64,000 nt of DNA from Vicugna vicugna (taxonomy: Eukaryota). The DNA lies in NCBI GenBank assembly GCA_013265495.1, contig MU058252.1:778244-842243 (forward strand), written 5' to 3'. The notes beneath the pieces are model-generated. The model was not told where the DNA came from, searched no databases, and saw nothing but the letters and a program-made list of their open reading frames with translations. A program made the position numbers and the translations under genes. How positions within the stretch are numbered: position 1 is the stretch's first letter; every line of letters starts with the position of its first letter. Shown here piece by piece: positions 22,261 to 35,884 of this stretch.

Positions 22261-24029
22261 GTCATGTTGCCTGATGCTGATTTGTTTTTTCCAAGAGAGG
22301 CAGTCTCTGGATGTGTGTCTTGTCTCTCTCATTGATGGGTAACTACATAACTTTTTAATTTTAGATTGGTTATTTACAAATATTAAATCATGCAAGTCAA
22401 AGCAAAGGTGTCAGTAGACACAGCCCAAAGGCCACCGTATTGCTCCTTCTGACCTCGACAGAGACTGCTCGGCCTCCAGGCCACGAGCCTGGCTCTCCTT
22501 CTCCATGCTGCTCTGTGCCTCTTCCAGACTCCTCTCCTCGTCGTCCCTGGCACACGCGTGTTCCCTCTTCCCCTCCCCTCCTCGCTCCCCAGAGCGGCCT
22601 CCTATTCCTCAGGTGTCAGTGCATTCCCTCTCCTTCCTCATGACTCAACTGCCCCGTAAGCCTCCCTCCCCCGAACTCAGCGATTTCATCTGCCCCGTGC
22701 GCTACCGGTTCACAACAGTCTGCTTCACACTGAAGCCAAAAGTAACGTATGTAAGTCTGTCCCCCCTCTAAAAACCCATCATGTGCCTTGAGCCATCCTC
22801 GGCAAGGGGAAGGTGCTTGGTTAAAGCAAGGGGGAGAGAAGGGAGCAGGGTTGGCCCAAGGCTCAGCTCAGTTGGAATCTTCCCCCTCATCTCTCCCAGG
22901 CGGGAGTGCTGGAAGTAACCAGTTAAAGGAATGTCATTTTCGAGGGAGCCCTTATCCCACAGAGCCCCGCCAAGTGGGAATCCCTGCGCCAGGGCCCTAG
23001 GCTGATCTGGGAGGCAGCGCTAGGTGCAAGCAGGAGGTGAAGGCTGTCACCACGGTTCTGAAGGTCTCCAGACGTACAACATGAAAGACCTCGAATAGCA
23101 AAATTCCAAACTCTTGAAAAACAGTTTTCCCCCAAAGGCCTTGGGAAGCAAGGCCCACCTGGGGGTTGGGCTGGGGTAGAGGAGGGAGGAAGGAGAGTGG
23201 CGACCACGAGCAGGAAGAGGTCTGATGGTCCAGCAGCTCTTTGCGGGGAGAAAGGGATGGTCTGGCAGGCAGGCCAGGCTCCAGCGTTGTGGCACCAATG
23301 CTCCCCAGTGATGCCCACAGACCGGCGAGGAATGAGGCTGCCGGCCAAGGCTCAGGGGCGGGTCCGGGCCTCTCAGAGGGCTGTGCCGGGACCAGGAGAA
23401 GGAAGCCCTTGTGCTGCTTTGTTTGTGGACTGGCTGCCTCGTGGGCCTCTGGCCCCAGGGGTGGTGGCTCTTCCAGTGAGAGCCTGCAGAAGCGCGGCGG
23501 GCTGGCTCCTGGGAGCACGGCCCGGAACAGGCTGGCTCCCAGCACCACAGTCCAGTGGGAAATTACACGGTCCCTGGTCCCGACTCGGCCTGGCCACTGG
23601 GCACAGAGGCCCTTCCTGTGCTTACTCTGGGGGTGTTCCCTGCATCCTGGGGTGTGTGCTGTAGACCTGACAGAGGGGGAAGCAGAGCAGGACCGGGTAG
23701 GGGCATTTTAGGTTCAAAAGCCTTTGCCACTGACCACATCCCGACAACCTGTGGGGACTCCCCCCAGCCGAGGCAGAGCCCCTCTGGGGCCTCGATTCTT
23801 CACATAAAGGGGGCAGGAGGCCCCAGCGATCTCTCGAACCCTCAGCAGGCTGTGAAAAGCACAGGGTGGACCCTACTCCCTCCTGCAGGGCTCAGCCTAA
23901 ACCCGCCCCCCATCTCAGCTGTGACCCCCGCTGCAGGCCCAGCTCAGGCTTCTGCCTGAGTCCATGCCTGCGGGGCAGTTCTCAGAAGCCAGGAGAAAGT
24001 CAGTGCCTCTTGGGGAGGAGGGGTGGCAT

Positions 24030-24500
24030 TTTGACAATACTTCTCTCAACTACAAACACAAGTTCCTCCCCGGCAATTCCGCTTCTGGGCATTTGTGCTG
24101 CAGACCTGCTAGTGTCTGTGCTAAACAGTCAGTGTGTGGGGCCTTTCATCTCCCTGGTGCTTTCAAAGCAGAGCCTGGAGACAGATGCTCGTCAGCAGGA
24201 AAAGGTTACACAAATTCCGAACGTCCACACAGCCTGCTTCCCTACAGAATACACCCAGGCCCGCTGTTCTCATCTCCCAGATAGAGCGGTAAGTGAAGAG
24301 AGCGAACCACAGAGCCAGCTGCACGGAACAACACATTTACAGTTCCAAAGATGGGGGTGGAATCTCCACCCCGAGATCCTGCCTGTGCACAGACGCCTGG
24401 AGCACTGGCAGGCCCCCCGGGAGGGTCTGCGAGCCCTGGCTGTGTCCGCTGACGGGAGCGTCTGGCCGGGAAGACGTTCATCACAAACCCTTTTCAGTTT
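24030..24500 (+). mobile_element. Highly decayed L1ME 3' region
   Basis: ccggcaattccgcttctgggcatttg...; degenerate L1 ORF2-end/3'UTR motifs. Confidence 0.5.
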
Positions 24501-27500
24501 TTCAGCTTTTATACCATACGAATGATGTACTATCAGAAATTATTCAGACAATTACTTTTCTCAGCTACTGTTCTGCTGAGGCACAAGGCTGGTAACACCA
24601 TGTGTAAACACCTCCTGCCCCGATCCCAGCAGCCCGCCAGCTCCCACTGGCCGGAGGGCAGGGCTGGCTCTTCGGGAGCCACTGTCGTCCACAGCACATG
24701 CCCTCCACCCCCCAACTCTCCCCACTTCAACTTCTCTCTGCGAGAGGCTGTCCCTCTCAGGACAGTTTTTAGGATGTAGCCCAGTGGTCGTCGTGTGGGG
24801 GACGCTCAGAGCTGCTGGAATTCCTGGCTGGTTCTTAGGGACTGAATGTTCGGAATAGTGGTGTCACAATTCATAAATAAAGAGAAAAATGGGGCAATGC
24901 TGATGCAACCCCCCATTACTTTTAAATAGACCAATTTCTTTCTTAATCATCAGGCAAACTGCCAAACTGTCTTTCTGGAGAACCCTGTGTCTGATCAGCT
25001 GGCTGCTATGGGCCAAGTTCAGGTGAAGCAGACAAGACGTCCACCGTTCAATCTGGCTGCAGGAAACGGGGCAAACCCCCAAACCACAGCAGATGTACCC
25101 CGAGATGAGCACTGACAGTCAGATGCCTGTAATACCGAAGCAGGGGGAGCTCGGAGGACAGGAGACAGCCCCGGGGCCGCAGGGGTGGGAAGGCTCCACT
25201 TGAAACAGCGGGCAGGCTGGGCCTGGATTCTGGAGGATGAAACAGATCTGCCCCCAGTTAAGGCGACTTTCTGATGGGCCCAGACAGGATTGGGCTGTGG
25301 CAACATCCCCAAGAAGGACAGGCGGGTTCCCCCGTTTTGTTCTTCTGAGAAGCCACTCCCTCCTTCCTCCGCTCCTTGAGGACTTTGTTTAGGACCACTG
25401 TCAGCCTGAGAGGGGACAATGCCTCTGAGCCTCCTGGGGCCGCAGCCAGGGCAAGTGAATAGGCTCAGTGAGTGAACAGAACCAGCTCCTGGCAGCCACA
25501 TCAGACACACAGGCCAGTGGCTCCAGACACCAGGGAGCCGTGAGCTGCTGACGTCACAGGGCCGGCCGTGCTGGCGGGAGCTATGTCCGGAGAAAAGGGT
25601 GCCACTGGAGGAAAGTGGACAGGGGCCAGCGGAAGGATGTAAAGGAGAGGCCTGGACTTCAGGAGCCTCACGTTCCGGGCCTAGTTTTAACCACTAACTA
25701 GCCATGGGCCCTTGAGCAAACCAACCCCTTGCCTTGATAACCATAAACCAGATAGACCAGATGGCCTGGTGGTGTGCTTGCACGTGCTCCCCTCCCCCGA
25801 CCCTCTCTTTGGCGGGGCACCAGGCTCTTTCATGTCATGATCTGAAATACCAAGAAAGAAGGAAAAACTCAATTTTGTTCCTCATCTTAACCATCCTTGT
25901 CCTTGCTGACCAACGTTCCAACAGCATGGAGTGAGAAGAGCAAATTTTCAGTTTACACTGGAAGGGGAGTTTTGCTTACATTCAGCTTTTAAAACAAGGG
26001 ACGAAGGGGCTTGGTGCTGTTCCTAACTTTGGAGGGATGGTGACAAGGGTCACGGGAGGAAGGTGACACAGAGTGTGTTAAACAAAATGCCACAGCCAGG
26101 AAGAGGCAGGGACCCCTGCTGCTAAGAAACCATGCCACAGAGAGGGACATTAGAAGGGACAGAAGGCTCCAGGCAATAGAAGAAAGACAAGTGGAGTGTG
26201 CACATGCTGGGGTCTGGTCTCCCCCATGAGCGGCGGTCCTTGCATAAAGGTGCACTGCTGACATCCAATCAGACCCCAGTGTGTTCCCACCGAGGGCTGA
26301 TGTCAGTGAGACCAAAGGTGCAGAATCAGTGCCCTGGAGCTGGTCAGCAGATCCCGTTCTCTGAGGCCTCACCAGCCTCGGTCCACACGACCATCACTCA
26401 GGTACAGACAGGATGGGGCAAGAACGGAGCGGTGACTGGCCCAAGCCAGGCCCTGTGTGGGAGGCAAGCCTGCAACACACCAGACATGCAGTTATGTTAC
26501 AGGTGGAGGTACTGAGGCCCGTGATGGGCACCTGCACCTTGTTTGTGAACTCTCAGACCACAGGTCATCACTGTGTCCGCCCAGCATGCCAAACTGCCTG
26601 CTTAGTGCTCGATGGAATGAAAATTAGCCCCGAGCTGCCGACTGAGTCAACAGGGCAGAATGGCCAAGGGGGGCGGGGTTCCAGCACAGGCAATAACCTG
26701 AGGTGGAACTCTGGAAAGAAGTGAAATCTCTGTGTCTCTCCTCCTTGTGGTGCCTTCTAGAATAACCCACGGGAGCCCAGCAGATTCAAAGGTGGAGGCA
26801 TCACAAAAGCAACAGACACCAACGGCTGCTGCCCAGATGAACTCAGCTGAATGTGACAGAACCAGGATGGTCCCCACTGAGGGACGCACAGTGGGTGGCC
26901 ACGGCGGTGGATGACCCTAGCCAATAAACATCTCATGACCTCATCTTACAGAGGAGGAAACGCAGGACCTGGGAGATGATGTGTCAGGCCCACGGGCAAC
27001 AGTTAGGATGGAAGCTGAGCCACACTCAGCAACGACATGAGTCTTCAGGCCCCCGGGTGGGGGCTTTCCCTGTGCGATGAGAGGGTTCAGACTCTGATTC
27101 ACCAGCATGAGTGTCAGGGGAGGAGACCGGCTGCGCAGGTGAGACAAAAGAACACACGTTCTCATGGTGGCGGGGGCTGGGGGTGGCGGCAGGTCCCTGG
27201 ACTCAGAGTGGGGAGGATGGCACCCAGGGCACTAGCTTGCCCCAGGCTCCTTTCTCTGGGCCCACCAGCCGCCCGAAGCACCCCCAGGAGCTGCACAGGG
27301 TGGAGGGGGTAGTGGATGGCACAGGAGGAGAAGGGTCCACTCTGGGTCAGCGTGATGACTGACATCTCCTGAGAGGACACAGGGAAGGACCCTAAGTAGG
27401 AGGCCACGGAGGTTCACAGTCACCGGCTGGTGCTGAGAAGCCCAGGGACAGGGGAAAGGCTTTCTGACACTGGCCACGGGTGGGGCTGGAATACTTCTGG

Positions 27501-28528
27501 GCAGGAGCCCTCCCAGTGTCCTGCCCTGCTCAGGTGTGCCCTGCGGTCCGGACTAGACTTCTATACAAGTTCAGACAAGTCTTCCTAATCTTGATCTCGC
27601 TGAGATGCCTGTTTGCAACACAGCATCGTCCAGGCAAATTGTTCCGGCAAAGCCAGCCTGCTGGTACTGGTAGATTTCACCGTGATGTAAATCGGCAGAG
27701 GATACGCTTGGAATTAGCCCTGCTGAGATGAGACGACTGTACTTACTGTACAGGGAGGGTCGAGACCGCCAGGTCCCCAGAGCGAGGCCTCTCCAAGAGA
27801 GATCTCCGTCAGCCCAGCTTCTGCAAATGCCCCATGCTGCCGGAGACTCGGTGACGGGCCTCCCCTCCCTGTGCCCAGGACACGGACCCTCCGTGGCTGT
27901 CCTTGCTCTGTCTCCAGCCCTTCTTGGAATTCCTGGCTGTTCATCGTCCAGCACCTGCTTATTATTCCAGCTAATGGGGAAACTTCTCCAGAAACTGGGA
28001 AGGAGTGCTTTTTAAAGGTTCTGGGGTTCCAGGACTCTTTGATAATTTGATGAAATCACTACATTAAGCATGAGTAGACAAATTTCTCTCTTTTTTTCTG
28101 GAATAATCTCCGGGCAGTTTTAAGTCTCCAAAAACCATGTTTTAAGAATTTGAGTTTCAAGAGGTCTCACAACGTTGTCACAGTCCCTTATCCTGCAGGG
28201 TGGCCAGATGCTCACTGATTCAGCTTCTAACTGTAGTTGTATCCACTCTGCAGTCTGAACCCCAAAGCCAGACATCTCTGAGGGATCCTCCATAGGAGAA
28301 GACAGGGCCCGAAGACGGTGGAAAATCAGTGCACTAACCAAAACAAGAGAAGGCAGTGAGCATGCCTCACTAGGACCCGGCTGCACGGAAGCTCCCAGGG
28401 CAGAAAATTTAAAATCTGAAATTGTAACTTGAGTTACTCCTACACTTCCTGCAGTTTGTCACTTGGAACCACTCAGAACCCTCGATACTCGCTCCCCCGG
28501 CGCAGACTGCAGTGCCTGCGCCTCGCGG

Positions 28529-28569
28529 CACGTGGCCCCTTCAGCTGTACTTGGTGGCCCCTATTTAGG
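28529..28569. promoter_or_regulatory. Motif cluster: E-box CACGTG, E-box CAGCTG, perfect CArG box CCTATTTAGG
   Basis: CACGTG at 28529-28534, CAGCTG at 28542-28547 and CC(A/T)6GG at 28560-28569, in CpG-rich non-repeat DNA. Motif match only; function not shown. Confidence 0.3.
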
Positions 28570-30199
28570 TGGTTTCTGGGCTTGCTTGGCCCTACCCTGG
28601 GGGCTCTCAGATGCCCCTCTCCAGATACTGGACTCAGTACGGGGGAGGAGGGGCTGGGGGTACCTAGGAGGGGCTGTGAGCCACCACCCCCTCCGGGAGG
28701 TACACATGGTTATCTCGGGATGTGCAGCACTCGGACGTGTCGGCAACACACAATCCTATCAAGCACAAAGGGCTGTGGGCCCAGGAGCAGTGTGCAAACC
28801 ACCACTTTGGAAAACCTCCCTCAACACAGCAGGAGGAGGAGGCAGAGGCTGGGAACTGGGGAGCTGGTTTGTGGATGAGTGTGAGCCCGGCTCTCAGCAT
28901 CCTGCTGGGCGCCCAGCAGGCCAGGTGGCTGCCGGCCAGTGGGGGCATCCCCTCCCCTCCCCGGGGTGCTGGCGGCGGCGGCTGCCACGGGACTCCAACC
29001 AGGGCTCTCCTACAGCTCTGTTGACTCAACACATCACCTGACACCACCGGCCAGGCCTTCTGGGTGTGAGGTGCCGGTGAGGCGGGCCGGTGGGGTGTGC
29101 GCGGGGCCAGGCGGCCTCGGGCCGGGCGGGCATCCAGACCGGGCTTCTGCCACTGGCGCTGTTTCCATGGTGCCGGTCTGAACTCCCCGTGCTCCTCATT
29201 CATCTCATGAAGAGGGTCTGAGAGCCCTGGTGGCTGTCTCCCCCTGGGATGAATGGGGAGACTCTCCATGGAGGAGGAAGAGAGGAGGAAAGAAATCAAG
29301 GGAACTAAGCAGCTCATGGTGGAAACGCACGTCCTGGCTGCGTCCTTTAAAGACAAGCCAGAACCTCTACCAACGACACAGCATAAGAACAGCTCTGGGA
29401 GTTCAGGCTATAATAAAAGATCACAGCATCCCTCCTGAATTTTCCCTTGTGCTCTCAGAAGAGAGGTAACAGCTCCACTAGAGGGAACCGGGACATGGAT
29501 CGTCTTTCTGGGGAGCCTGGAATTGACCTACAGTGTCCGCCACTGTCAGAGCCTGCTTTACAGGTAGGGAGAAGTTAGGCCTGTGTGCACGTTGTCTGGG
29601 TTTAGAAGGTCCCCTGCCCCCTTCCAAGTACCCCACCTACTTGGTCAGTCTCTTTGATGCCCCAGGCTCCCCTTCCTCCACGTCATTTGTACCTGACAGT
29701 TGCCGTCCCTGTTACTCGTGGCCCACACACGACTCAGGGAGGAGGCCAGTGGGAAGGCGCAGGGACGCGGAGCAAGCGCAGAGCCAGATCCCTGCAGTCC
29801 ACCTACCCAGTGAGCACCCTCTGCCTCCGCGGGGGCTTCTCTCTGGGTTTCTAGGATCAGTGTGAGAAACGATCCCCACATGCCAAGCTTAGGGAAGCGG
29901 GTTTCCCCCCACTTAATTTCAGATTCACTCCACAGCTTCAGCACCTATTGCTGGCTAAGTTTTTCTTTTCTGGAGTCCTTAATGGTTTCTAGAGATTTTT
30001 ATTCTCCTTTTTACGTACTGTGCACATGCCAACACCAAGTCATAGTATTCTGTAGTTCCGTCTTTACAGATCCTGTCTCCTCCACTAAGCGTGAGCAGTA
30101 TTAAGTCTTATTTATCGCCGGGCCCCCAGCACACAGCCCCTCCTCGATAATTACTCGCAGGACTTCCGTGGCACAATTTTGCTCAACAAAACGCCCAAC

Positions 30200-31240
30200 A
30201 AGCACAGTCCATAAAAGAACAAATGGTTAAATTGGGCTTCATCAAAATTTAAAACTTAAGCTTTTTAAAGGACACCGTTAAGAAAATGAAAAAAGACAAG
30301 TAACAGGGAGAAAACAGCTGTGAAACACTTATATGATAAAGGACTTGTATCCAGAACTCTCAAGACTCAGAAAGAGAACAAAGAGTTCAATAAAAAGAAT
30401 AGTGGACAGAAGATTAAACGGATACTTCAACAAAGAAGACACACAGAAGGCAAGCACATTAAAAGATGCTCAGCGTCATTAATCGTCAGGGGTCTGACCC
30501 TGGAGCTGCAGTGAGAGACCCCTACACACCTTTTAGACCAGCTGAAGATGGTTTAAAAACTGCCAATACTCAGTGCTGGTGAAGATGTGGAAGAACAGGC
30601 ACTCCCACACACTGCTGGTGGGAATGCAAAATGGTAGTGCCCGTCTGGGAAGTAGTTTGACAATTTTTTATTAAATTAAATATACATTTACCATATAGCA
30701 TAGCAACGCCACTCACAGGAGAAAGGAAAACTTACAGTCACACAACAGCCTGATGCAAATATTTATAGTGGCTTTATTCCTAGTTCCAAAATGGAAGCCA
30801 CCTGAATGTCCTTCAGCTGGTGAGTTAATAACCAAATCAGTGCATCCACACGATGGAACACTACTCAGTAATGAAACGGGAAGAACCACTGATATATGAG
30901 ACAACGTGGATGGTTCACAAATGCACTTTCTAAGTGAAGGAAGCCAGACCCCAAAGGCTCTATCCTGGATTTCCCCATTTACATGACATTCTGGGAAAAA
31001 ACAAGATGATGGGGGAGGGGGAAAATTATGGGATGTCAGGGGTTGAGGATGAGTTGAGGGGGAGAAGTTGATTACAAAGGGGCCTGAGGGAGTATCTGGG
31101 GGTGACGGACTTGGTCCCTGTCTTGATGGTGGTGCTCATACAATCACATGTGTTTGTCAAAACTCACAGGACTGTACACTAAAAAGGGTGAATTTTACTG
31201 TATGTAGATTCTGCACCAGTAAACCTGACGGTTAAAAAAA
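30200..31240 (+). mobile_element. L1 (L1MB/MC-type) ORF2 end + 3'UTR
   Basis: ttcatcaaaatttaaaac...gataaaggacttgtatccagaa...ctgctggtgggaatgcaaaatggta...tttgtcaaaactcacaggactgtacactaaaaagggtgaattttactgtatgta. Confidence 0.9.
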
Positions 31241-31954
31241 GGTGCTCTAACCTGAGTTGAGGGGCTGTCTGTGTGGCCTGGGCTAACAGGGGTTGGGGGG
31301 GGCCCTGATGCCATTTCCCTGGGGTCTCGAAGGATGATAGGTAGGTTCTGAGGGCCTCTCCTAAGCATTCCAACAGAAGCACCACCTCGGCCGGTGGCCC
31401 AAGACCTGCTCAATTAAAAATAGCAGCTGGAATCCCCTCCCTTTGGCCTGAAGGTCATCTCAGGAGACAGGCTGGAGCCACCACAGCTGCGCAGGGGAAG
31501 GAGTGAGGTCTTGGCGCCGGGAGCCCCCTGCTCGCCAGCCTGTGCCCTCCAGCTTCACAGGCTCCTGTTAGAGGACTGGGCTCACAGAGAAGCCAGGGGC
31601 TGTGCAGGAGGCCCCGGGGCTCTCCTAGGGGTGCACGGGGATTCCAGAGCAAAGGTGCAAGGGCGAGGCCCTCGCCAGGTGTCTGCTGTCCCACAGCAGC
31701 TTCTGCAGGATGGAAATGCCCACCTCTGGTCCCAGGCGCACGCCTTCTCCCCTTGGCCTGCTCGGTCCACACGGCGCCCGAGCACCCGCACACCTGCAGG
31801 GGTGGCCTTGTTACTTCTTTCCATTTGTAAAACTCGTGGTTCTCTTTTATTGTGTTTAGAGACCTATATGCTGAGTACCTGGATACTTATGAAGAGCTGA
31901 CAGACATGTTAGTAAAACTTCCTGCCTCAGCTAATTTGTTGATCTCCCTCACCT

Positions 31955-32335
31955 TTTAAAAATTTTTACTTGTAAATGTGGTAAAAGATACAGAGCATAC
32001 AATCTGCCCTCTTAACCATTTCGAAGGGTTCAGTTCTGTGGCATTAAACACATTCACGTGTTGTGCAACCTTCACCACCATCCATGCCCACGAGCTCTTC
32101 ATCTCCTGAAGCTGAAACTCTGTCTCCGTTCAATGCCGTCTCCCGTTCCCCTCCCCCAGCCCCTGGCACCACCACCTACTTTCCGTCTCTGTGAATCTGA
32201 CTCCTCTAGTCCCTCATGCAAGGGGATCATCCAGTGTTTGCCCTTTTGTGATTGGCTTCTTTCACTGTGCATAAAGCTCCCAAGTTCCTTCCACGTTGTA
32301 GCCGGCGTCAGAATTTACTCCTTTTTAAGGCTGAT
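31955..32335 (-). mobile_element. L1MB-type 3' end
   Basis: tgtggtaaaagatac...ttcagttctgtggcattaaacacattcacgtgttgtgcaacc...cccagcccctggcaccacc...ttccacgttgtagc...ctttttaaggctga. Confidence 0.9.
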
Positions 32336-35300
32336 TCAGATTTCAGTGTTTGGCCAGACCACGGAGCGCTTTTTTTAAAATTCCCTCCCAGCTTTGCTGT
32401 GGCTTGGTTATCACTCTGCTTCTCCTCCTAGGTCTCTGATGGCCCCACCGCCCGGCTTCCGTGCGCCCCCTCCCGCGGGATGCGAAGGCCCAGCACAGGG
32501 AGCCAGGGTGTCTGATGCACACACTGTTCCTAAGATTTCCCATAGACGCCCCTACTGCCCGTCTTGGTCGGAGCCCTCCGGTCTTAGCCCGTGCTGGTGC
32601 CTGTCCCTTCTTCTGGGCCCTGGGTGTGGGGGTGCAGGGCCACAGTCACAGGACCCTGACGGGGTCACCAGGCTGCCGGGGGGAGCAGCCCAGGGAGGCG
32701 TCAGACAGTCCTTGCATCCCGCGGCCAAGTTTCCGATGTGCTATCTGGGCAGCGCTGCCAAGGGTAATGTGACATTTACATGACACCCAGTGAGGCTGCC
32801 GCGGTGACATAACTGGAAGAGGGAGGGTGGGGGGTGTGTCCCTGGGCACAGAGCCGGCAGCTGGGCAGTCCGGTGACTTGGTGTTGTGTAAATTAAAGCA
32901 CTGGTCACCTGCTCTCTCTGACGTGACCACGGAACCATGAAGTCTGTCCCCTTGGGTGATCTTCAGACTTCCTTTTCCCCAGAAAGCCATTAGAGAAAAT
33001 GCCCACCTCCTTCCTGGGAGAGGGTGAGGCAGGTGCCCCGACACGAGTATCTGAGAGACCCCTGGAGAGGATGAGCCCTTCCCAGCAGGTGCTGGTGACA
33101 GGCCATTCTGTGAGTTCGCTCACGCCCGTGCTCCCTGGGGGCTCCCCGGGGGCCAGCATCGAGCTGGATGCTGTGCTGGGAGGTTGGAATGCGCCATAGG
33201 AAGACGGCCCTGCCCTCTTTCAACTCATTCTGCAAAGACTTAGTGCAAACGCAAGCTCTGCTGCCCACAGGGCTGCTCATTGATACTCTGAGCCTCAGTT
33301 TAGCCATCAGTGGAATGGGCAAATCAAATGTGAACTCTTGCATGGGATATCTCCACCGGGGAGCAGACGAACTCAGCTCCCAAAGCGTGCCAAAAGCTGG
33401 CTTTCTTCACGGTGGTCTGAGCAGAAGCTACAAGGCTGGGTGCTGGCCTAGCCCTCAGCCCAGCATGCAGGGCACCCCTGACCTGCAGGCCTCCAAAGTA
33501 GGCGCTTGTGGGGGCTTTGGTCCTCTGCAGACAGATGGAAACTGTAGACACTGCACCCGTGGCTCGCGGAGGGCCTTGACTGAAGTGGACTTTCCTCTGA
33601 GCCACTGGGAGCACTGCAGGTGGGCAAGTTGTGAGCCGACGGGCCCCGCCGTCACTCTCATGTGTGGGCAGAGGGTGGAAAAGGCCGAGGAGACCTCTTT
33701 CTAGGAGGCTGCATCAGGAACTTGGTGGAGAAGTAGTAAGAGCCCGAAGAGCGCCAGGGTCCGCGGGGGAGGGCAGCAAATGATGCAGGAGGGAGGGGAC
33801 CCTCTGGATGTGAGGGTCAAGGGAGAAGACAGCCTAGGAACGCCAGGCTTCTGGCTTAGACAGCCGGGCAGATAATGATGCCCAACACTACGGGCTCCTC
33901 AAAGGACAGCATGACCCTTGACCCCACTGTGGGCAGGGGTGAGGCAGGCATAGCAAAGCAAGGACTGGACCCGGGGATAGGCGGGGCCAAGGCAGGTGTC
34001 GGCGACTTGACGGATCAGAACATCAGAGCCACTGAAATGGCAGGAAACTGGACCCACTCTCCTCCTGGCCTTTCCACTTCCTCAACACAGAGGACCGAGA
34101 ACACTAGGACAGAGGAGGGTGGGTGCAGAGGGTCAAGGTGAATCCACTCACAGTCCTGTCCCTGAGCCCCTGTCTCTGAGACCGCTTTTAAGGGAACCCA
34201 CATTCCGAGCAGGAGGATGGGTGCAGTGACCACTGGCATCACCCCCTGCACCCCAGGCACCCGGAAATGCAGTGCGTCCTTGTGAAAACCCACCTCCGTG
34301 GGAGGTCCTGCAATCAGTCACACTCCAGTGCAATGACTGCCGAGCTTAAATGGTCCCAGTCAGAGTTTCAGTCAGATGGAAACAACCTGTAGGCCAGCAG
34401 CTTTCCCAGCAGCTCTGGGCAGGACCCCCAGACTCCCTGATGATGTCTGAGGCCACCCCTTCTCTGACCTTGATCTCCTCCTCCCTGGAGGCCGAGCTGG
34501 CCCCACTGGGTCGCTGCGGTGTCAGCTTTGAAAGCCCACCCGCGCTTCAGTAGGGGACGCCTGAGAAGCCAAGTGAAAGGCTATCCCTAGGGCATGGCTG
34601 CAGATCTCCGGGCAGAGGTCCTGCCCGGTGACTAGAGAAAATCCCCCATGAAGGTCGCCTTCCTCCCTTGGGTGAGGCTGCTGCTGGCTGAGTCCCAGCA
34701 GACCTCAGGGAGGTTGGCCCGGGTGGTGACGGTCAGGGTTACAGTCTCAGCCTCCTGCTGTGACAGAGGACTTGGGGTTACCATGGGGAGGCCGGGGAGA
34801 CGGGCGGCGCCCCAGATTCACTGGGGTTGAGGCGGGAGGAGCATTTCCCTTCTATTGTCCAACAACCTTTATCACGAGGGAGGCCGATATAAAGAGCTCC
34901 CCTCTTCCCACTGGAGACGTTTATCTCTCGGTAAGACACGGCAACGGGGCCTTTCAGTATATTTTTGCTTTGAAATAATCAGTCGATGAGACGATAAGGA
35001 TTTACTTCACAGTGAGGTGTTTGGAGGGGGATTAAAAAGGCAAGAGCCGTAGCTCCTGTGCTTGGGATACTGGAATGAACTGAGGGGACAGGAGGAAATG
35101 TCTGAGTCCATTAAGCCACAGTACAAGGAAGGGCATGATCAAGTCTGCATAAGCCCTTCTTGGAGAATGAGAAGGTGCTCATAAATCAAATAAGATAAGG
35201 AGCCTAGTACCCGGCAGAGCAAAGTGCTGCAGGCGGTCGGCGGTGGGGCCGGGGAGTGGTTCTTGGATGAGGCTCCCTAGAGGGTAGGGAGGGCGGTGGA

Positions 35301-35884
35301 GGGGGCTAGTGGCTCGTGGCCCTAGACTGTCACAAAGTCAGGCCCCCAAATTGCAAAAACAGGAAGCCCCAGTAGGAGACGTCCACACCTGCCCATGTGC
35401 TGCGGCATCCCAGATGAATGAAACAGTCCCACTGAAATTGTGCAATGGAGTCGGGAGCAGTGTGGCTTCTGTCTTAATATTTAGTAGGAAAGAGGTCATC
35501 GCAAAATATTTTCCTCCCCCGCAAGGGGACTATGAGGTGACTTTTAAGCTCCCTCTCTGGCACCCAAATCTTTTAAGTTGAGCGAATGAAGCACTCAGCA
35601 GGCAAAGAAAAGAGGCCCAGACCTCATACAGCTTCGATTTCCAACCCCAGCTACTCGGTGCGTGGCCTGAGATGCAGCAGCCTCGCATCGCCCCTCAGGG
35701 CGCCAGTTCCTTGCTCCCTCATCTGTCAGCGGTTAATCATGCCCCCTCGCCCCCAGGAGCTGCTGCTCAGGGTGAAACCTCATTGGAGGCAGCAGGTGAC
35801 ACCTACTGGAGCGGTCCCTGGGCCTAGGGTGGCTCTGAACAGAAATGCTGAATTGTCTAAATTCTTCCTCCAGAGCCTGCATTT

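Noticed and set aside
23866..24525. 219-aa ORF
   Set aside because: Runs through a decayed L1ME remnant; no recognisable protein similarity.
27540..27960. Non-repeat, coding-looking minus-strand ORF (127 aa)
   Set aside because: No recognisable family and no clear exon boundaries.
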